In this document: one piece after another, positions 40,307 to 50,382 of the stretch
Layout of the letters: each line of letters begins with the position of its first letter
Numbering within the stretch: the stretch's first letter is position 1
Assembly: GCA_030697365.1 (NCBI GenBank)
Contig: JAUYQH010000200.1
Span: forward strand, 4,670-68,669
Source of the DNA: Novosphingobium sp.
GTDB lineage: Bacteria; Pseudomonadota; Alphaproteobacteria; Sphingomonadales; Sphingomonadaceae
Direction of reading: 5' to 3'
Length of the DNA: 64,000 nt
Made by a program: the position numbers and the translations under genes
Notes under the pieces: model-generated
Told to the model about the DNA's origin: nothing
The model's input: the letters and a program-made list of their open reading frames with translations, nothing else
Databases searched by the model: none

Positions 40307-41863
40307 GTGCTGCTGCGCCGCCCCCTCCTGATCGCCGCGCTGGCCGGAGTAGCCTCGGCCACCGGCTTTGCGCCGCTGTCGTGGTGGCCGGCTACGCTGG
40401 CCGGGCTCGCGGTGCTGCTCCATCTGATCGCCAATGCCCCCGACTGGAAGCGCGCCGCGCTGATCGGCTGGCTGTTCGGGGTGGGCCACTTCGCTTTCGG
40501 CAACGGCTGGATCGCCACCGCGTTCACCTATCAGGCAGAAATGCCCGCCTGGCTCGGCTGGATCGCGGTGTTCCTGTTGGCGCTATACCTGGCGGTCTAT
40601 CCGATGCTGGCGGCGTTGGGCGCGTGGGCGCTGGCTCGGCGCGGCGGCGGCTGGGCGCTGGTCTTCGCCTTCGCCGGCCTGTGGACGATCACAGAGTGGC
40701 TGCGCAGCTGGGTGTTCACCGGCTTCGTGTGGAACCCGCTGGGGATGGTTGCGCTGGGGCCTTGGTCGCGGCCGGGTCTCGCGCTGATCGCGCCGTGGCT
40801 GGGAACTTATGCGCTGTCGGCGCTGGCGGTTCTGCTGGCGGGATGCTGGTGGCTCGCCGCGCGCGAGACCCGCCTGCCCCGCAAGATCGCGCTTACCGCC
40901 ACGCCGGTCCTCGCGCTGCTCGCGCCCCAGCTCTACGCCCCGCCCGCGGAGCCTGGGCGGATGCCATTCACCCTCGTCCAGCCCAACATCCCGCAAGAAG
41001 AACTCACCGACGCGAGCAAGTACGAGGACCAGTTCCAGCGCACCGCCGGGCTGAGCCTGCCGCGCGAACCGGGGCAGCGGCGGCTGGTGCTGTGGCCGGA
41101 ATCGGGCGTGCCCGACTACCTGCGCCCCGGTTATCCCAAAGCCTTCTACGCGGAGTCGACTTACGCCGCCGACCCCAGGCTCGCGCGCGAGCGGATCGGG
41201 CGGGTGATCGGACCTGGCAGCCTGCTGCTGACCGGCGCGGTAGACCTCGTCGTGCGGGACCGCCGGGTGATCGGGGCGGACAACGCGGTCACCGCGATCG
41301 ACAGCGATGGCCGCATCCGCGCCGGCTATATCAAGGCGCACCTGGTGCCCTATGGCGAGTATCTGCCGATGCGCGGGCTGCTCGAACCGCTCGGCCTGTC
41401 GCGGCTCGTCGCGGGGAGCCTCGACTTCCGCTCGGGCCCCGGCCCGCAGACACTCGACCTGCGCCCGTGGGGCCGGATCGGCATCCAGATCTGCTACGAG
41501 ATCATCTTCTCGGGCCAGGTGGTCGATCGCGCCAATCGCCCCGATTTCCTGTTCAACCCATCAAACGACGGCTGGTTCGGCCGCTTCGGCCCACCCCAGC
41601 ACCTTGCCCAGGCGCGAATGCGCGCGATCGAGGAGGGGCTGCCGATCCTGCGCGCGACCACCAACGGGATCAGCGCTGCGATCGACGCCAACGGCGTTGT
41701 CCGCCAGCAAATTCCGCAGCACCGCGCGGCAAGGATCGACGGCATGGTCCCGCGCGCCCACGCCTCAACCCCCTTCGCCCGCACCGGTAACCTGCTGCCG
41801 CTTGGCTGGGCGATAGTCTTGCTAGCGCTGTCCGCCATTGCCTTGCGCCGCCGCCCTCGCTAG
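40307..41863 (+). CDS. lnt: Apolipoprotein N-acyltransferase
   Basis: TM N-terminal half; VQPNI, WPES, YIKAHLVPYGEY, ICYE, SNDGWFG catalytic motifs. Confidence 0.96.
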   Translation: MLLRRPLLIAALAGVASATGFAPLSWWPATLAGLAVLLHLIANAPDWKRAALIGWLFGVGHFAFGNGWIATAFTYQAEMPAWLGWIAVFLLALYLAVYPMLAALGAWALARRGGGWALVFAFAGLWTITEWLRSWVFTGFVWNPLGMVALGPWSRPGLALIAPWLGTYALSALAVLLAGCWWLAARETRLPRKIALTATPVLALLAPQLYAPPAEPGRMPFTLVQPNIPQEELTDASKYEDQFQRTAGLSLPREPGQRRLVLWPESGVPDYLRPGYPKAFYAESTYAADPRLARERIGRVIGPGSLLLTGAVDLVVRDRRVIGADNAVTAIDSDGRIRAGYIKAHLVPYGEYLPMRGLLEPLGLSRLVAGSLDFRSGPGPQTLDLRPWGRIGIQICYEIIFSGQVVDRANRPDFLFNPSNDGWFGRFGPPQHLAQARMRAIEEGLPILRATTNGISAAIDANGVVRQQIPQHRAARIDGMVPRAHASTPFARTGNLLPLGWAIVLLALSAIALRRRPR

Positions 41864-41876
41864 AGCCGTCCGCCAC

Positions 41877-41896
41877 ACATAAAGCTTTCTTTATAT
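41877..41896. promoter_or_regulatory. SahR-type operator upstream of metK
   Basis: 20-bp palindrome ACATAAAG-CTTT-CTTTATAT, 13 nt before the metK ATG; matches the SahR motif as I recall it. Confidence 0.75.
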
Positions 41897-41909
41897 AACG
41901 GACCTCCCC

Positions 41910-43136
41910 ATGCGCAGCGAATTCCTGTTCACTTCCGAGAGCGTTTCCGAAGGCCATCCGGACAAGGTCGCCGACCAGATTTCGGACGCGATCGTCGATC
42001 TCATGCTGTCCAAGGATCCCGAATCGCGGATCGCCTGCGAGACGATGGCGACCACCCAGAAAGTGGTCCTGGCGGGCGAAATCCGCTGCAAGCCGATGTA
42101 CGACGAAGCACGTTGGCCCGAACACGCCGGCTGGGCGCCGGGTGCGCGCGACGAAATCGAGGAAGTCGTGCGCGGCGTGGTCAAGGCGATCGGCTATGAG
42201 CAGGATGGCTTCCATTGGGCAGGGTTGTCGTTCGAGAACCACCTTCACGGCCAGTCGGCGCACATCGCGCAGGGTGTCGATGCCGGCGCAGACAAGGACG
42301 AGGGCGCTGGCGACCAGGGAATCATGTTCGGATTCGCCTGCGACGAGACCCCGGACCTGATGCCCGCCACGCTCCACTATAGCCACAAGATCCTCGAGCG
42401 GATGGCCGCCGACCGCCACTCAGGCGCCGCGCCGTTCCTCGAGCCCGACGCCAAGAGCCAGGTCACGCTGCGCTTCCGCGAGGGCAAGCCCTCGGCGGCA
42501 ACCGCGATCGTCGTCTCGACCCAGCACGCCAGGGGTTACGACGAGGGCGCCAACGAAGCCGAACTGCACAACTATGTGCGCGGCGTGGTCGCCGACGTGC
42601 TCCCGGCCGAGTTGCTGACCAACGAGACCGTCTATCACATCAACCCCACCGGCAGTTTCGAGATCGGCGGTCCCGATGGCGACGCCGGACTGACCGGGCG
42701 CAAGATCATCGTCGATACTTATGGCGGTGCGGCCCCGCACGGCGGCGGCGCATTCAGCGGCAAGGACCCGACCAAGGTCGACCGTTCCGCCGCGTACATT
42801 GCGCGCTATCTGGCCAAGAACATCGTCGCGGGCGGCTGGGCCAGCCGTTGTACGATCCAGCTCGCCTACGCGATCGGCGTCTCCGCACCGCTGTCACTCT
42901 ATGTCGATACCCACGGAACGGGGACGGTCGGCGACGACCGGCTGGAAGGTGCGATCCAGGGCATCACCAAGCTGGGCGGGCTGACCCCGCGCGGCATCCG
43001 CACCCACCTCGGCCTCAACAAGCCGATCTACGCCAAGACCGCCGCCTACGGCCACTTCGGGCGCAAGCCGGAAGGCGACCTGTTCCCGTGGGAGCGCACC
43101 GATCTGGTCGAGGATCTGAAGGCGGCGCTGGGGTGA
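41910..43136 (+). CDS. metK: S-adenosylmethionine synthetase
   Basis: [54 protein letters not shown]. Confidence 0.98.
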   Translation: MRSEFLFTSESVSEGHPDKVADQISDAIVDLMLSKDPESRIACETMATTQKVVLAGEIRCKPMYDEARWPEHAGWAPGARDEIEEVVRGVVKAIGYEQDGFHWAGLSFENHLHGQSAHIAQGVDAGADKDEGAGDQGIMFGFACDETPDLMPATLHYSHKILERMAADRHSGAAPFLEPDAKSQVTLRFREGKPSAATAIVVSTQHARGYDEGANEAELHNYVRGVVADVLPAELLTNETVYHINPTGSFEIGGPDGDAGLTGRKIIVDTYGGAAPHGGGAFSGKDPTKVDRSAAYIARYLAKNIVAGGWASRCTIQLAYAIGVSAPLSLYVDTHGTGTVGDDRLEGAIQGITKLGGLTPRGIRTHLGLNKPIYAKTAAYGHFGRKPEGDLFPWERTDLVEDLKAALG

Positions 43137-43175
43137 ATACGGTCCGTTCAAAGTCGTTGGTTTGAACACCCCCAT

Positions 43176-43252
43176 CGCCCCGCACTTGATGCGGGGGCCC
43201 ATTGCCTTTCCGACGTTCCGAAGAGAAGCGGGCCCGTGTCAAGCACGGGGCG
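43176..43252. repeat. Palindromic intergenic element (CCCCGCACTTGATGCGGGG class)
   Basis: CGCCCCGCACTTGATGCGGGGGCCC and GGGCCCGTGTCAAGCACGGGGCG are inverted relatives; lies downstream of metK. Confidence 0.75.
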
Positions 43253-43358
43253 CCGGTCGTGTTTTTGGTCATTTACTCACCTATTTGGCACATTTCTCTG
43301 TCCTACATCGGTTCGTTTCGCCAATATCCTCGTCTTTGGCGAAAGGCGATTCGATCCC

Positions 43359-43994
43359 GTGCGCACCCTCACCCCCCGCATCCTCGTTGAAATCCTCCAT
43401 CACGAGGGCCTTGCGCGCGAGGCTTATCGGGATTGCGTGGGGGTATGGACCTGGAGCGTCGGGATCACCGATGCGAGCGGCCACCGCGTCGCCCGCTATC
43501 GCGACAACCCGCAGCCGATCGCACGCTGCCTCGAGGTGTTCCTCTGGCTGCTGACCACGCGCTATCTCCCCGCGGTCAACGCCGCGTTCGGCGCGTACGA
43601 GCCGTCCGAACACCAGCTCGCCGCCGCGCTCTCGTTCCACTACAACACCGGGGCGATCGCGCGCGCCTCGTGGCTCAAGCGCTTCCTCGCCGGCGATGCC
43701 GAAGCCGCCCGCAAAGCCATCCTCGACTGGCGCCGCCCCTCCGAAATTCTCCCGCGCCGCCGCAAGGAACGCGACCTGTTCTTCAACGCCAAGTGGTCGG
43801 GTGACGGGATGATGGCGATCTACGAAGTTGCCAAGCCGGGCTACCGGCCGGTGCGACCGAGGCGGGTCGTAGTAGCCGAAGCAGTCACGGGTCTTCTGGC
43901 AAACCCAGCCCCCTTCGCTCCATCCCCGTCCCCGGCGCGATCCGCCGAGCTGGCGAGGTCGGATCGCAACTGGTTCGATCGACTGTTCGACTGA
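43359..43994 (+). CDS. GH24/phage-lysozyme-like muramidase
   Basis: Likely GTG start at 43359; E-X8-D-X5-T triad in HEGLAREAYRDCVGVWT; ALSFHYNTG; no signal peptide. Confidence 0.85.
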   Translation: MRTLTPRILVEILHHEGLAREAYRDCVGVWTWSVGITDASGHRVARYRDNPQPIARCLEVFLWLLTTRYLPAVNAAFGAYEPSEHQLAAALSFHYNTGAIARASWLKRFLAGDAEAARKAILDWRRPSEILPRRRKERDLFFNAKWSGDGMMAIYEVAKPGYRPVRPRRVVVAEAVTGLLANPAPFAPSPSPARSAELARSDRNWFDRLFD

Positions 43995-44662
43995 CCCGCC
44001 GGCGCGTAAGCCCCGGCATCCTCGTCCGGCCACCGTTCCAGCCTTGGCGACCGAGCGTTCAGGAACACCGCGGGCAGTTTCGCCAGCATCAGCGACTTGT
44101 GGATCCAGAAGTCGGTCCAGCGTTCCCGCCATTTGGCGGTGACCCGTCCCTGGCGGGTCAGCCATCCGTGGTAGGGCAGCCAGTGATCGGGCTCGTCCTT
44201 CTCGACGATCCTGAAAATCCTGGTCATCACCGGGTCGGAGCGGATGTGCGGGTTCCGCAGCAGTATCTCGACCTGGCGCATTCCGCGCTGTTCGGTAAGC
44301 AAAATCACCCGGCACAGCTTCTCGAACTGCGCTCCGTCGGCAGCGATGGTCCTGGTATCGAGTTCGTCGATGGTGCAGCCGAACACGCCCTCGATGAAAC
44401 GGTCGATGTGGCCGCAGGTGCGATCGACCTTGAGCGGCATCCGCCCCTGGCGCTCGAACCAGCGCTTGAACATCAGGTAGTGCTTGTACTCGTCGGCGCG
44501 GTGCTTCTCGACCGCGGCGATGAACCCGGCTTCGCCCGGGCAACGCGCGCGAACCGCCTCCAGCACGCGATCCAGTGAAGTGTAGCCGCGGTGCTCGTTG
44601 TAGATGTAGATCGAGGCGAGAACCTCGAGAAAGCGGGCGCGGAAGGCGGCATGAGGCGACAT
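43841..44662 (-). CDS. Ferritin-like di-iron domain protein
   Basis: NEHRGY, ADEYKHY, TEQRG, KDEPDH carboxylate/His motifs; the C-terminal tail overlaps the lysozyme gene. Confidence 0.8.
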   Translation of the reverse strand: MSPHAAFRARFLEVLASIYIYNEHRGYTSLDRVLEAVRARCPGEAGFIAAVEKHRADEYKHYLMFKRWFERQGRMPLKVDRTCGHIDRFIEGVFGCTIDELDTRTIAADGAQFEKLCRVILLTEQRGMRQVEILLRNPHIRSDPVMTRIFRIVEKDEPDHWLPYHGWLTRQGRVTAKWRERWTDFWIHKSLMLAKLPAVFLNARSPRLERWPDEDAGAYAPAGQSNSRSNQLRSDLASSADRAGDGDGAKGAGFARRPVTASATTTRLGRTGR

Positions 44663-44718
44663 TCGCGTGCGTTTTCCTTGCCTGGGGCGCCGCGACGCCC
44701 CTGCAAACGCCTACGCCA

Positions 44719-45855
44719 TCAACCGTCGTCGAGCATCGCGATCAAGGAACCCACGGCATCGGCAAACTCTTCGCGGAACGCCTGAACGACGGCTTTGGCC
44801 GGGCGAACGTCCTCGACGAGGCCGACGCCCTGCCCGACGAAATAGGAAACGAGTTCGCGCGCCTGCTGGTTCCCGCCCGCGGCGGCGCGTTCGATCCGGG
44901 CGAAAGCGGGTTCGGAGACCATCCCCATCAGCGGCATTGGCAAGGCGCCGGGCGAATTTGCGCCATCGTCCCACGCCGCGTGCCACGCGCTGCGCAACTG
45001 TCGCGCGGGCTTGCCCGTCCGGCTGCGCGAGCGGACGGTGTCGCGGCTGCGCGCCGCGACCATCTTGGCGCGGAAGATCTCGCTGGTCTCGGCCTCAGGC
45101 GTCGCCAGCCAGACGCTGCCGGTCCACGCGCCCTGCGCGCCCGCGGCCATCATCGCCGCCATCTGCGCGCCGGTCATGATCCCGCCCGCGGCGAGCACGG
45201 GGGTGTCATGCCCGGCTTGCGCCAGGGCGCGGACTACCTCGGGGATCAGCACCAGCGTCGAAACTTCGCCGCAATGTCCACCTGCCTCGCCCCCCTGAGC
45301 GACGATGATGTCGACCCCCGCCGCGGCCTGGCGAAGCGCGTGCTCCTTGGCCCCGACCAGCGCGGCGACCGGAATCTCCCGGCGCTTCCCTTCGGCGATC
45401 ATGTCGGGCGGAGCGATCCCCAGCGCGTTGGCGATCAGCCGGATCGGATGGCGGAACGCGACTTCCATCTGCGCCCGGCCGGCCTCAGGGGTGATCCCGT
45501 GGCGGCCGCCGGCGACGGTCTCGGAAGCTTCGACCGCGATCCCGTGGCTGCCCAGCAGTTCGGCGGTGAATTGCCGGTGTCCGTCCGATATGTGCGCCGC
45601 GCGCTCGCCCGCGGCCAGCCCGGCGACGCGCGGATCGACCGTTTCGGGGACCAGCACATCGACGCCATAGGGCTTGCCGTCGATATGCGCGTCGATCCAC
45701 TGCAGTTCGAGTTCGAGCTGATCGGGAGTGAACGCGGTCGCCCCGAGTACTCCAAACCCGCCCGCCTTGCTCACCGCCACGACGACATCGCGGCAGTGGC
45801 TGAACGCAAACAGCGGAAATTCGGCGCCGGTAAGGCGGCAGATGGCGTTGTTCAT
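44719..45855 (-). CDS. Nitronate monooxygenase family flavoprotein
   Basis: Start ATG at 45855 overlapping the scoB stop; [34 protein letters not shown]. Confidence 0.88.
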   Translation of the reverse strand: MNNAICRLTGAEFPLFAFSHCRDVVVAVSKAGGFGVLGATAFTPDQLELELQWIDAHIDGKPYGVDVLVPETVDPRVAGLAAGERAAHISDGHRQFTAELLGSHGIAVEASETVAGGRHGITPEAGRAQMEVAFRHPIRLIANALGIAPPDMIAEGKRREIPVAALVGAKEHALRQAAAGVDIIVAQGGEAGGHCGEVSTLVLIPEVVRALAQAGHDTPVLAAGGIMTGAQMAAMMAAGAQGAWTGSVWLATPEAETSEIFRAKMVAARSRDTVRSRSRTGKPARQLRSAWHAAWDDGANSPGALPMPLMGMVSEPAFARIERAAAGGNQQARELVSYFVGQGVGLVEDVRPAKAVVQAFREEFADAVGSLIAMLDDG

Positions 45856-46523
45856 GCCGGAACGCCGACTTCGTAGCGCGCGGTGGTCTTGGCAGCCACC
45901 TCGTCCGCGCTCACCCCCGGAGCCAGCTCGATCAGCCGGAACGGGCTGGCGTGATCGGCGCGTTGGAACACGCACAGATCGGTCACGATCATGTCGATCA
46001 CATTGCGCCCGGTCAGCGGCAGGGTGCAGGCGGGGATGAACTTGGGATCGCCGTTCTTGGCGGTGTGTTCCATCACCACGATGATCTTCTTGACCCCGGC
46101 GACAAGGTCCATCGCCCCGCCCATGCCCTTGATCATCTTGCCGGGGATCATCCAGTTGGCGATGTCACCATTCTCGGCCACTTCCATCGCGCCCAGCACC
46201 GTCAGGTCGATGTGCCCGCCGCGGATCATCGCGAAGCTGGCGGCGCTGTCGAAATAGGCGCTGCTCGGCAGTTCGCTGATCGTCTGCTTGCCCGCGTTGA
46301 TCAGGTCGGCATCGACCTCGTCGTCGTAAGGAAACGGCCCGATGCCGAGCATGCCGTTCTCCGACTGGAGCGTGACCTCGACGCCGGGCGGGATATGGTT
46401 GGCGACCAGCGTGGGGATACCGATCCCCAAGTTGACATAGTATCCGTCGCGCAGTTCCTTCGCGGCGCGGGCGGCCATCTCGTCGCGTGTCCAGCCTTTG
46501 GTCAGGCCATCGTGCGTGGTCAT
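45852..46523 (-). CDS. scoB: 3-oxoacid CoA-transferase subunit B
   Basis: [15 protein letters not shown] (catalytic Glu), [18 protein letters not shown]. Confidence 0.93.
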   Translation of the reverse strand: MTTHDGLTKGWTRDEMAARAAKELRDGYYVNLGIGIPTLVANHIPPGVEVTLQSENGMLGIGPFPYDDEVDADLINAGKQTISELPSSAYFDSAASFAMIRGGHIDLTVLGAMEVAENGDIANWMIPGKMIKGMGGAMDLVAGVKKIIVVMEHTAKNGDPKFIPACTLPLTGRNVIDMIVTDLCVFQRADHASPFRLIELAPGVSADEVAAKTTARYEVGVPA

Positions 46524-46539
46524 GATCGAGAGTCCTTCT

Positions 46540-47382
46540 TCAAAGCGGGGGCGGAACGATAAACCAACCCGCGCCGAGCATGAAATCGAGCGAATCGCCG
46601 CTGCGCGGATCGCGCAAATAGTCGAACAGCTCGTCGAAATCGCCCTTGCGGTCGCCGGCGATGGCGATCACGCAGACGTCCTTGTTGGCTTCGTCGCGCA
46701 GCACCTGCTTGCGATCTTCGCCCGAACGGGCGAGCAGCAACGGGTCGGCCCCTTCCGGATCGAGCCCGCTCAGGCGCAAGACCTCGGCCACTTCGCCGAC
46801 GCGAGCGGCGGGCAGCGCGGTGACCCACACCACGGCCGCCCCCGCCGCGCGAATTTTCGCCAGTCCTTCGGCGAGACCCGGCCGGGCTGAGAGGCCTTGG
46901 CGCGGCGCGAAGAAATCGGTGCCGGCATCGAGATCGATCACCACCGCGGGCACTTTTGCCGCGCAGTCCTGCATCCGGGGCAACTCGAGCTGGGTGCCCC
47001 GTTGCAAAAGCACAGACCGGCCATCCGGACCATCGGCGAAGCGGGCGGCGCGATCGGCGGCGTAGGCGGCAAATCGCTGCCACGGATCGGCCGCGTCGCG
47101 CACCGCATCGGGCGGCGGCAGCGCGGTCAGCGTCGTCAGGACCGCCCCGCTGCCCGCCCCCACCGGCATACCCGCGGTTCGTTCGACCGCCAGCCGGGCG
47201 GACGCGGCAGGCGCCAGAGCGCTGGCCTGCTTGGGTCGCTGGGTCGCCGAACGGATCTTGACGTTGCCCCCTGCAAACATCGCGCTCCCCGCCAGGACCG
47301 GCAGTGCCGCAAAAGCGACGCATCCCGAAATCAGGGGCAACAGCGCCAGTGCGGCGCAAGTTTGCAGGAGCGTCCGGTTCAC
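46540..47382 (-). CDS. Lipoprotein-like protein with degenerate HAD acid-phosphatase domain
   Basis: GTG at 47382 overlapping the scoA stop; lipobox-like ISGC; [15 protein letters not shown] and GWFIVP motifs reminiscent of class C acid phosphatases. Confidence 0.65.
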   Translation of the reverse strand: MNRTLLQTCAALALLPLISGCVAFAALPVLAGSAMFAGGNVKIRSATQRPKQASALAPAASARLAVERTAGMPVGAGSGAVLTTLTALPPPDAVRDAADPWQRFAAYAADRAARFADGPDGRSVLLQRGTQLELPRMQDCAAKVPAVVIDLDAGTDFFAPRQGLSARPGLAEGLAKIRAAGAAVVWVTALPAARVGEVAEVLRLSGLDPEGADPLLLARSGEDRKQVLRDEANKDVCVIAIAGDRKGDFDELFDYLRDPRSGDSLDFMLGAGWFIVPPPL

Positions 47383-48086
47383 GCCACCTCGCGCTCGCGC
47401 ACCATGCGGAACTCGATCTTCTTGTCGTAAGGCGCGCCGACGATCATCCGCTGGACGTAGACGCCGGGCAGGTGGATGCAGTCGGGGTCGAAGCTGCCAG
47501 TTGGGACCACTTCCTCGACCTCGACCACGCAGACTTTGCCGCAAGTCGCCGCGGGCAGGTTGAAGTTGCGCGCGGTCTTGCGGAACATCAAGTTGCCGCT
47601 TTCGTCGGCCTTCCAAGCCTTGACCAGAGCGAGGTCGGCGAAGATCCCGCGTTCGAGGATGTACTCCTCCCCGTCGAAGGTCTTGGCTTCCTTGCCCTCG
47701 GCGACCAGCGTGCCGACGCCGGTTTTCGTATAGAAGCCCGGAATCCCTGCGCCGCCCGCGCGCATCCGCTCGGCCAATGTGCCTTGCGGACTGAATTCGA
47801 CCTCGAGCTCACCCGCCAGGTACTGGCGCTCGAATTCCTTGTTCTCGCCGACGTAGGACGCGATCATCTTCCTGACCTGCCGGGTGCGCAGCAGCTTGCC
47901 GATACCCTCATTGTCGATCCCGGCGTTGTTGCTGGCGAAAGTCAGATCCTTGACCCCGCTGTCACGCACCGCATCGAGCAGGCGCTCGGGAATTCCGCAC
48001 AGCCCGAACCCGCCGCAGGCGATCGTAAGCCCGTCGCGGAGCAGGCCGTCCAAAGCGGCTGCGGCATCGGGATAGAGCTTGTTCAT
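47379..48086 (-). CDS. scoA: 3-oxoacid CoA-transferase subunit A
   Basis: GGFGLCGIPE, SNNAG, SYVGEN, PQGTLAER, KTARNFN. Confidence 0.94.
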   Translation of the reverse strand: MNKLYPDAAAALDGLLRDGLTIACGGFGLCGIPERLLDAVRDSGVKDLTFASNNAGIDNEGIGKLLRTRQVRKMIASYVGENKEFERQYLAGELEVEFSPQGTLAERMRAGGAGIPGFYTKTGVGTLVAEGKEAKTFDGEEYILERGIFADLALVKAWKADESGNLMFRKTARNFNLPAATCGKVCVVEVEEVVPTGSFDPDCIHLPGVYVQRMIVGAPYDKKIEFRMVREREVA

Positions 48087-48742
48087 GCGGGTCCTCCGGT
48101 GAGATCGAGCGATAGCACGTCAGACAGTTCCTTTAGCGCCTGCGCCTCGCCCGTCACCTTGATCGCGACCATGCCCATGGCCGCGGCGGGTTTGCAGTTG
48201 ATCCCCAGGTCGTCGAGATAGACGCATTGCTGCGGCGTCACGGCCAAGGCCTCGCACATCATCGCGTAGATCCGCGGATCGGGCTTGCGCACCCCAGCCT
48301 TCGCGCTTTCGATCACGTGGTCAAAGCGATCGAAGATCGCGGCGTAGCGCGATTCGCTTTGCGCATCGTTGGCCATGGCCGGGCCGCTGCCGCCGGGCAC
48401 GTTGTTGGTGATACAGCCCAGCTTGAGCCCCGCGGCGCGGATCGCATCGAGCGCGGCGACCATGCCCGGACGGATCGCTCCGGCCAGCACCGCGAGAACG
48501 TCGGCGCCGCGCAATTGGTGGCCAAGAGCCGCAGCTTCGGCAGCAAAACGCGAATCGAACGCGGCACGATCGATCTCGGCGCGTTCGAGCAGCGCCCAGG
48601 CATTGCCGTCGGGATCGGTCGCGTTGATCGTGCGGACCAGATCGTGCGGCAGGCCGCGCATCGCCTCGAGCCGGTTGAACGCCTCGAACGGTGAAGCGGT
48701 AATCACCCCGCCGAAATCGAAAATCGCTGCCGTGATGGTCAT
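48083..48742 (-). CDS. HAD-IA hydrolase (soluble epoxide hydrolase/ACAD10 N-terminal type)
   Basis: Start ATG at 48742; FDFGGV motif I, CITNN, GVRKPDPRIY, YLDDLGIN; ATGA-coupled to scoA. Confidence 0.88.
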   Translation of the reverse strand: MTITAAIFDFGGVITASPFEAFNRLEAMRGLPHDLVRTINATDPDGNAWALLERAEIDRAAFDSRFAAEAAALGHQLRGADVLAVLAGAIRPGMVAALDAIRAAGLKLGCITNNVPGGSGPAMANDAQSESRYAAIFDRFDHVIESAKAGVRKPDPRIYAMMCEALAVTPQQCVYLDDLGINCKPAAAMGMVAIKVTGEAQALKELSDVLSLDLTGGPA

Positions 48743-48791
48743 CGCCCGCGCCCATAGGCAGGTTCCCCGGACAGGACAATCGCCCACGGAT

Positions 48792-48805
48792 TTGACGCGT
48801 GTCAA
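48792..48805. promoter_or_regulatory. FixK/FnrL-type box upstream of the universal stress protein
   Basis: Perfect TTGAC-N4-GTCAA palindrome (TTGACGCGTGTCAA), 52 nt before the ATG at 48858. Confidence 0.78.
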
Positions 48806-48857
48806 TGCGCGGCCGGGCGCCGCGTGTTCCTGGTCCTGCACCATCGGGAGAACCATC

Positions 48858-49640
48858 ATGCGTTCCATCGTCCTGCCCGCCGACCGCAGCCCCGGCTTCA
48901 CCGGGCGTCTCGAAACCGCCCTCGCTATCGCCCGTGCCCAGAACGGCCACGTCACCGTCCAGATCGACACCCCGGTCAGCCAATTCATCGTTTCCGACAT
49001 GTTCGGCGGAGCGATGATCGCGGCCGAGGCGCTGCGCGAGGCCGGTGCGGCCGATTCGCTGCTCGGCGCACGGCTCGATACCAAGCTTGCCGGCGAGGAT
49101 GTGCCGTTCGACATCGAGGAACGCAGCGACGATCCGGTCGATGCGATCTGCGACACCGCGCTGCTGGCCGACGTGATCGTCGCCGACCTCGGCTTCCTCC
49201 GGCTCAGCGAGGTGCTCGTCCGCTCGCCCACCCCGGTGCTGGCACTGCCCCCCTCGCCGAGACCCGCACAGCTGGACGGCGTGGCCGTGGTGGCATGGGA
49301 TGGAAGCAAATCCGCCGCGCGTGCGCTGCGCGCATCGGTCCCGCTACTGCGGAACTTCGCGGTGGTCCATGTGCTCGCCGTGACCCCGCGCAACCGGATC
49401 GAACTGCCTTCGTTCAACGTGCTGCGCTATCTCTCACGCCACGACGTTCACGCCGAATATCGCGAACTGGCGCGCGGGGCCTCGATCGAGGAAACGATGG
49501 AGGCGGAAGTGCAACGGCTCGATGCCGGGCTGGTGGTCATGGGCGCCTACGGACACAGCCGCCTGCGCGAGTTCCTGACCGGCGGAGTGACGCGCTATTT
49601 CGTGACCTCAGCCGACCGCCCGCTGTTCTTGGCGCATTGA
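48858..49640 (+). CDS. Universal stress protein (tandem Usp)
   Basis: RBS GGGAGA; VVAWDGSKSAARAL, LVVMGAYGHSRLREFLTGGVTR. Confidence 0.92.
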   Translation: MRSIVLPADRSPGFTGRLETALAIARAQNGHVTVQIDTPVSQFIVSDMFGGAMIAAEALREAGAADSLLGARLDTKLAGEDVPFDIEERSDDPVDAICDTALLADVIVADLGFLRLSEVLVRSPTPVLALPPSPRPAQLDGVAVVAWDGSKSAARALRASVPLLRNFAVVHVLAVTPRNRIELPSFNVLRYLSRHDVHAEYRELARGASIEETMEAEVQRLDAGLVVMGAYGHSRLREFLTGGVTRYFVTSADRPLFLAH

Positions 49641-49698
49641 GCACGGTGGCAGGTGGGCCGAGCGCCGAGTAGGCTGTGGCTCCGTTGCGGGGCTGGAG

Positions 49699-50160
49699 AT
49701 GGCGATGCGCAATTCGATCGGTGTCTGGGCGGTGGTCTTGCTGTGCGCCTGCGGTGAACGGGGGAGCCAGCAAAGTCCATCCGCCGAAAAGCCGGTAGCA
49801 ACCATCGCCCCTCGTCCCTCGCGTTCGCAAGCTGCCGCACGGGCGAGCGAAATCCCAGCCGGTCTGGCGCTGCCCGCGCGATTTATCGCGCTGGGTACTG
49901 AACCGTTCTGGGCGGCCAAGGTGGATGGCGAAAGGCTAACTTATCTGACCCCGGAAGATCAGGCCGGACAGACCATTTCGTTAACCCGGGTCAGCCGCGG
50001 CGATCTGGTCGAACTGCAAGGGATGCTGGCCGGCGAGCAGCTGACGCTGACGGTGTCGGCGGGCCCATGCAGCGACGGAATGTCGGACACCGTCTATCCG
50101 TTCGAGGTGCGCCGCCGCCTGGGCAACGACGAGCAACGCGGCTGCGCCAAGCCGAACTGA
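49699..50160 (+). CDS. COG3650-type putative lipoprotein
   Basis: Lipobox-like LCAC; ALGTEPFW, CSDGMSD..YP, RGCA motifs. Confidence 0.8.
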   Translation: MAMRNSIGVWAVVLLCACGERGSQQSPSAEKPVATIAPRPSRSQAAARASEIPAGLALPARFIALGTEPFWAAKVDGERLTYLTPEDQAGQTISLTRVSRGDLVELQGMLAGEQLTLTVSAGPCSDGMSDTVYPFEVRRRLGNDEQRGCAKPN

Positions 50161-50382
50161 CCCGTCGGGCGAGGCTAGCGCCGAAAATCAGGAGCGACGT
50201 GCTGCACCGCAGCGATAGCCCCAAAAGGCGAGCGCCCTTTGTCGTTCGTTCGGGAGCAATCGCGATCATTTGCGTTGGAATACCGCCGATCATGCCAATT
50301 CTGCAACCACGATTGCGTTTTTTTCATCTCACGCTTCGCTTTTCGCACTTGCACAAAAAGTGCGTCAGGAGCATATCGATCC

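Noticed and set aside
43236-43994. Prophage around the lysozyme
   Set aside because: No integrase, holin, spanin or structural genes; flanks are metK and a metabolic operon
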